Of a DNA stretch of 64,000 nt, positions 57,214-64,000 are shown one piece after another. The position numbers and the translations under genes were made by a program. Each line of letters begins with the position of its first letter. Position 1 is the stretch's first letter. The notes beneath the pieces were generated by a model. It was given only the letters and a program-made list of their open reading frames with translations. It did not search any database and was not told where the DNA came from. Source of the DNA: Eimeria praecox (lineage: Eukaryota); assembly GCA_963920595.1 (NCBI GenBank), contig OY986947.1, positions 5,580,001-5,644,000 of the forward strand, in the 5' to 3' direction.

Positions 57214-59586
57214 TCATTTGTCCTCCCCATCAGTTCGCTTCTCAGACGGGGCCACTGAGGCTGATCGGGATGCCACGACGAAAGTAAGACGATGCGTGTG
57301 CTTTCCTGTGTTCCTTAAGTTTACCTGATCAAGCCGCACGAGACTCACGGAAGACCTCTATACGCTTGTTAGTCCCAATACTATATCGTCATCCTACCTA
57401 CAGGTCATTACCACGGCTAATATTCCAACCGCCCGAGAATGTACATTATCACCGCACCCGCTTTCAGCTCACCTGGTCCCCAGCTTTGCCTGAAAAGAAA
57501 AGCTTCACGGCTTCCGGATCTACCGTCGCAGAACTTGTCCGGCGTCCGCGAGGATGCCCGGATCCTACATTGCCAGGAGCTGCCGAAGAAGCTCTTTCGG
57601 TTGACCTTCCCCTCGTGGCCTTTTTTCTGGCGTTCTTCGTCACGCTATCTACGGTTTCATCTTCGTGCTCATCGCCATTGCTCGTGTTCAGTCCTTGAAT
57701 AGTGGCATTCCACTTCGTTAACAGCTTCTCAGTTTTCCCGGTTTCCCTCGCGCGCGCGACGCTCCGCAGCCAATGGGCACAGCTTTTACCATCGTCATGA
57801 TCTTTTCCCCACTCATCTATGTAAGCCCTCAGAGCCTGTTCCAGTGCATCAATGTCGTCGAAGTGCCTCCACAGTGTATCGTCCTCTTCTTCGCTACTGC
57901 AGGGAGCTTCGGAGGGTTGTGGACTCTTCAGTTCCTCTTCAGATGACGAGTGGCTGGTTCCAGAGCTGCTAGTCTTCTTCTCTGCCTTCTTCCTTGGCGA
58001 GTTTCCTACCTTACGCCTCCGTTGGTGCTCGCTGACACCAGGGACCGTGCCTTTCACACTCTCCCCGAAGAACCCTGCCATTGCAACCTCCTTTTCATGC
58101 CTTGTCTTGCAGCCCATCGAGTGAAGAAACTCATAAACTGCTCAGGAGCAACACACAACGCTTAAGCCATACCAAAGGAGATCGAGCATGCAAAATGCAG
58201 CAGTGTCTGCCTACAGGTACGGCGGTGGGAATCTTAGACTCTTCGGCAGAGCCTTGCTTGCAGGCATTCAGCAAAGTAGGTAATCACAAAAGCAAGCTTC
58301 ATGAAGTGTATCTACCCAACGAACCGTCTGTTCCAGGTTCTGCATAGTCTATTGGCCCTTTTCCCGAAGAATCCACTTCCGAAAGGCACCGTAGGTCAAG
58401 CTTGTGAAGAATCTTCTCCAGCGTCCCGACGCCCATCTAAATGGAACACATTCAGAGTACACATGCATGTGCATGGAACGTTGCATGCTTCTGTTGACGA
58501 AAAGCTGATGGTTGTGTCCTCAAAGCAATTTAACCTGCATCAGGATAACAAAAATGGCTCTGCGCCGTACTTTCGCTTCAACAGCAATCATGACAGTGTT
58601 TTTCCCATCAGTGCTCTTCACGGTCAAATCGACTGATGGCTGATCCAACAGAAAGTCCACGACCTTCATCTTCTGGAGTATCATAGCGGCCTGGAGTGAA
58701 GTGTACTTCGTCCCTGTCCCGCTGAGCGCGCCGCATCCCACAAACACTAATGCCACTTTAGTCACTTGCTACGTCCGAATGTTGGCACAGGCAGCGCCTT
58801 TTAGCAGTTGGCTAGGTTCAATCGATATGGCTAAAGCGCTCTAATTCCCAGCATCGGGAGCTAATATGTGCTCTGGGAGGGCAGGAGTGCCGCTGCCTAC
58901 GAAGGATTCACGAAAACGAATGGCTTGCTCCAATATGGTTTTTCTGGTTTAAGGGCGTCAAGGTTCTGCGAATTGATCGCAATGTACATGCGTTTGGGGT
59001 CCGGTCCAGCCATTGGAGCGAATAGGACGGTACGAAGATCATCCTGGACGATTCGCACCTTGATGCTTCTGCATATGAGCAAAACGCATAAGCCTGCTCT
59101 CTCTTGATAGAAATTTGAGTACACAGTTCTAGAGATAAGGCGGTAGCCCCGCGTGAGCGGGACAGGAGTCCTAGACCACGGGCCTTGCTCTGGCGAAGAA
59201 CGGCCACTCGGGTGCTACTTCCACCCACTACTGACACTGCAGTTACTACCAAATAAAACTATTGAAAATGCCACAAAACACATAAGAGACCAGAAAACCC
59301 TGTTCAGGAGAGTTCAGTATTCTTAAGATAAATAGAACTGGAAAACTGCCCTGCCGAGCGCATTGCGACGCTACGTACGCTGGCTCATCTAGCCCCAGAC
59401 ACTCAAACCACCGCCTGCTTAGTATCAGGCATGCAAAGTATTCCGTGATTAACCATCATTGCGCATTATTTCACTTTTATACTGCAGCTTTAACCTGTGT
59501 CCCTGGCCCCTCGCAGTGCAGTGGGCTAGCAAGTACGCTTGCTTTGACCGTTTCACGGCCGTCGTGACTATGCTCCTTAACAGCAT
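57214..59586 (-). CDS. Ankyrin-repeat-containing hypothetical protein (multi-exon; both ends tentative)
   Basis: Phase-consistent exons: MLLRS..GQGHR|SIKVRIV..FVNPS|GTGTKYTSLQAAMILQKMKVVDFLLDQPSVDLTVKSTDGKNTVMIAVEAK|MGVGTLEKILHKLD..DSSGKGPIDYAEPGTD|VYEFLHSMGCKT, running into ORF 57464-58117. ORF 56434-57102 may be an extra exon. Confidence 0.7.
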
Positions 59587-59870
59587 GGTGAAGGATTTTG
59601 CACTAAAGGATCCGCGTACTCATCTCCTCGAGCAGCCAGTCTTTGTTCGTCCGTTTGCGTTTGCTGAACGCACCTCTTCCTTGCGGACCCTCTGCGTGGC
59701 GGGCGCGTACGCCAGTGGGGTTAAGAGCTTGTTCGTGTGCTTCACCTAGCGCATCGCGTGTACCACTCGGTCTCCGGGTGGGAGGAGAAAGTGTAGCAAT
59801 CGCATCTTTTGGCGATCGCGCGTGTTCCACTTCAACCCACGTGCTTTGTCCTGTCGCGTGGAGGGTGCAG

Positions 59871-62800
59871 TGCAGCACGTGCTTGAAGAGCAGTCCATTG
59901 TGAGAGCGCAGAAGTGTCCATTCTTCAGGTAGTTAGTTTCGTATGACTTCGTGCCAGCATCGCAAGTTTAGCCAGAGCCCGTAAAGGTGAAGCCCATTTG
60001 GAGTCTTCCCGCTACCATGCATGCCCGTTCAGGAGTTCCTCGGTCTCGTTTAGTGCTGGCACAGGTTCATTCTGGGATGAGCCTGTATCGGCACTCACAT
60101 TCAAGAATACAGCAGCCTTGTTGACAAAAATTGAAGACGTTAAGACTCTCAAAAATCTCTTGACGTACTTCCCAGCGCGTGGAAGCTTTTCCCACGTACA
60201 AGACGAAGTAGAGAAACCGCGTCGTGCAGCATCTTGCGCTTGTGGGCACCCTTAAAATAGTGCATTAGTAAGCTGAACCTGGGAGGCCCTTATCAAGGCA
60301 TTTCCTTGTACAGACCATGAAAACGCAAATTTAAGCAGCGCCGCATATGCCCGAGTTTTTCAGCTTCTGCCAATGACTGGGGGAGTGCCCCTGGACTGTT
60401 TCAAGAAATCGCTGAACGCAAGCAGTCCTCAGAAGCCCACTCGGTCTGTTGGCTCGCGGGCCGCTTGACAGAACATTCGCGTGTTCTGGCCCCCGAGAGT
60501 GGATACACATGCGTTCAGGTACTTCGTCGACGGTACTTCGTCCCGTCCAGTCGCTCACTCTCGCTGTCGAGTTGCTGCTTTTGTGCTGCGACTCTGGAGA
60601 AATTTCGGTGGTTCCCTGAACCTTTCGAGAAAACCATTGATAGTACGGCACTATATCGACGTTGGGGCTAAGTCTACTACGGAGTCAAACGCATTAACCC
60701 GGTAACAACCAGAGAACGGCCCTATCCGACGCGTGTTGAGCATCTTCGCCCTATCATTTTCCTGTGCGTTTTGAAGAGCGCACGGACCTCCTACAACCCG
60801 GTCACGTGAATTAAAAACAACTGAACGGCTGTTGCCGTAGTTCCTGGCCAGGTGTAGTGAACAGCTGGCCTACACTGTTACTACGATAGATCCCTAAGTA
60901 GACAGAATAGGTGCACACGCTACTATGTTGCACTCAAACCTATGATTATCGCTGAAACAACTAATAAACACAGCTAACTACCACATATGTGACCGAGTTT
61001 CTATTATTGTTCCCTAAGGAGAACCCAGAATAATAGAACTGATTCCCTGACCTTCGCTGAGGGCCAGGTCCAGAGTCAAAGCAACAGCCTCACACCCAGC
61101 CCCAAGCTGGTGCCGGCTGGCGAGCACTCTGATCCTATTAAGCTGCCTTTCTATCTAAACGTGTCCTAATCGCTGAAATCTTCTATAGTGTTCATTCCTT
61201 TTCAAGATATTAGGCCTCTAGGGGCCACACCAGAGATCCATTGTAGTGCCTGTGCACTACACCAGCTGTTCTTTGGGTCTTCTCATGCATTCCTGCGCTG
61301 CTGCAAGCTCGGTTTGAAAGTCGGAAGGTGCAGCTGTTCGGTGTTGGCTTTTAATAGCCAGGTCTAATGCCTGGTCAGAGAACGGAGCTTCAATGTAGAT
61401 TACGAATGCTGGGGTGAAACGGACCGAAGAGCCCGCTGTTGTATTGTAAACCTTTGCTGCAAGGCACTCAAACCACTGCAATGAATTTGGCTCCGTAAGA
61501 AGTGACAAATATTCCGTAAACGTGTTGTTGGTGTGTTCAGGCATTTGACCGTCTGCTGCTGCATGATTCACGGTGGTTATGCTAATGGCTGATAGTAAGC
61601 CGCTCCACGAATACGTCCCAGAAAGCGCTAGCGACCTTCGGGCCCCAACCAGGAACCATGTTTTTGGAGAACTTCCAAAGGTGAACTATGAATAATGCAT
61701 TAGCTTCTTCTGCGGTAAATGGGATTCGGGCGTGGGATGAAGTGATATTTGCTGAGTCTGTCCACCGCAGTCTAGATGCTAGCAGCCTCTAACTGTTGGT
61801 GAACACTTTATGAAATCTCAACAGAGGTATGCATCCAATTCCGTTCTAGGTTCGGAGGATTCTGCAAGATTTCAAGTGTGAGAGCGTTCCGAGGCTTCTG
61901 CGGCTGCTGCTAGGCAGATGACGACATGGTTTTTAGCTGGGGCGCGCTTGCTAGGCCACCAAAAATCGTAGCAATCAGCTCCGAAGTTGAACTGACACCT
62001 CCGTGAACAGGTCAAATCGGATCATGTATTCTGCAAAAGCCATCTGTGCTAGGCGAATCTAGAGCGTATAATCGGCGTATTCACCTTCATCCAGTGCCTA
62101 AAGACATCGTTGGCGACGTTGTACTGTTTAACACGCTGCCCGCTGCTCATCTTGGTGAGGCCTGCAGCATGAGTATTTAAGGCGTAACAAGAAAGTAATT
62201 CAGAGGGAAAATGGGAATTCCCACAGATAAGCACAGTTGCAGAAAACGGTACCTGACCTGGTGGGGATCGAGAGAATGCGTTAGCGACGACGTTCGCGAT
62301 GCTGGTAATATGCTTGACTGTAAAGTTGCACTGCGTAAGCCGCCAGTGCTACCTACCGACGCTTCCACTACCAAATTCTTGAAAGCTCCTCCTCAGCTGT
62401 GTCAGGGATTGATGAGGGGTTTTAACAGCGAAGCGCTTGATATGCAAGTAATACCGGAACTGTTTCACTCTCCACCAGACCGGGCATAGCTCCTTCTCAC
62501 GTAGCGGATGCTTCTGTTAAGTGATATGAGTATCAGGCGACTATTTAGTGCTTTGCCAATGAGAGAACATCAACGCTCCTGTTTGTCACTGGTACTGGCC
62601 GTTAGGAAGCAATGCATCTCGAAATCAGAGAGTGCGACTACTGGACACACCGTCAGCTGCCTGATGAAGTTTCTGGTGGCTCCATCACCGTCCAACTAAG
62701 CTGTTTTCCATTTATGTGGATCCGTCAGAGGGCTGCCAGCGGGAGCGAATCCAGGGATGAAGCTGCCGTAGTACGATTCGACACCAAGGAACTTCTGTAA

Positions 62801-64000
62801 GCCCTTGCGAGTGTACAGGGGTAGCAGCCGCGAATCGCTCAGTCTACTCTGTGTGCAGGAGCACTTGCAGCACTTAAGTACGCCTTAAATGCTGCAAGTG
62901 CTCCTGGACATTACTCCTTGGCGCCGTCCGTCTATATAATCATCCACCCCTCATCGAGTAGCCCCTAGAAAGCGTGATTGACCCATTATTAAATTTTGGC
63001 AGGCGCATTCGTGGTAGAGGCAATGCAGGGGTACTCACGTATACAAGTGCGGCTATGGAGGGCAATCTAGCCCGTGTCGTCTGGATGCATCGGGACACTT
63101 GAAAATTCATCACAAGTAGAGTGATGGCCTCTTCAGGCAGCCAAGAAGTTCGTCGATATAGGACATCGAACGTTTGTTTCCATATGATTTTATTGAGGGG
63201 CTGGAAGTGGGTGCAGATGCACCAGCTCTCGTTCTTTTCCTCCGTCAGCCCCGGATGCATCCAATCGGGCCATTTGACGGGTACAGTTTTGCTTTCCTAA
63301 TTTGTTCTTCCAGTTGCCTGTATACTTCCTCTTCAAGATGCGTAGGCTTCTTGCACCTCAGAGCAGAGCTTGGAGCTGTGTCGGGCATGAGTTCGATGAG
63401 GTGCGCTGGGCTACCAACGAATGGTCTTCCCACTGGAAGCCCCTTGTTGACACTATTTTGGAAAATCTTACCCCAACTGTGCACGCTTCTAACCTTACTC
63501 GGGTGTCAACTGAGTCAAATCGCACCTAATCGTGATCTTTGTAGAACGATCGCGGCAGATTCCATGCGCTTCTTCATTGCTTTTGGTGGCATCGCTACAC
63601 ACCGCGGGGGAGTCTCATCGCTAATTTTGTATTGTGGCATTAACTTTAATCCTTTAACGACAAAGCATCCAGATGTGGTTGCAGGAGACGAACGTTGGGC
63701 GCTTTCGTTGCTTCCTAAGGTCAGTAGTGTCTTCAGAAGGAGGCAAACGCGCGCCCTCCGCAAAGTCCTCTACGGCATGCTTGGGATTATTTCGTGAACT
63801 GATCGAACGGAAAAGCCCCGTGCCCGGCCATTATGGCCCTCTTGAATCGAGAGAGCTTTTAAAACGCATCTTTCTACGGACGCTCCTGCCCTGTGTGCCA
63901 TAGGCGAAGTGTAGTGGTAGTCATTAGGCCATCCAATGGGCAGGTAGTCTACGCCTCCTCGCCTATCTTCACGCGTCAGTTTCACTTCGCAGCCTGTAAG
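59871..64000 (-). repeat. Right arm of large inverted repeat: copy of the decayed RT-RH-INT-chromodomain region, running off the window
   Basis: Reverse complement of 45269-49398; about two dozen substitutions and no net indel seen by eye. Confidence 0.97.
60853..61261. mobile_element. Solo LTR copy within the right arm
   Basis: Reverse complement of 48008-48416 with identical flanks. Confidence 0.9.

Noticed and set aside
58780..59275. TG..CA segment with AATAAA resembling an LTR
   Set aside because: No TSD and no second copy, and it contains a phase-consistent exon of the ankyrin gene.

Overview
Eukaryotic, intron-rich DNA with CAG/CTG microsatellites, TGCATGCA motifs and scattered CCCTAAA telomere-like heptamers, most consistent with an eimeriid coccidian such as Eimeria or Cyclospora (inference). 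Spliced genes assembled by hand: short-form RPA1, mitochondrial bL21m (two GC-AG introns), TIM22, a DHX35-like DEAH protein whose ATPase motifs appear destroyed, a Sec14/CRAL-TRIO-GOLD protein, NSUN2/Trm4 and an ankyrin-repeat protein. There is also an intronless Popeye/cNMP-binding membrane protein and a tRNA-Val(AAC). Decayed Ty3/gypsy (chromovirus-like) remnants lie at about 0.2-4.4 kb and 43.6-49 kb, each carrying a nested ~400-bp solo LTR. The main structural feature is a near-identical inverted repeat of at least 4.1 kb (45269 or earlier to 49398; 59871 to 64000 or beyond). Its arms are dead retroelement DNA and they bracket a 10.5-kb two-gene segment that could be invertible. Other notable items are a perfect 36-bp palindrome, and an orphan ORF with a disrupted paralogue 21 kb away. 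Exon boundaries and alignments were read by eye, and no database searches were run.
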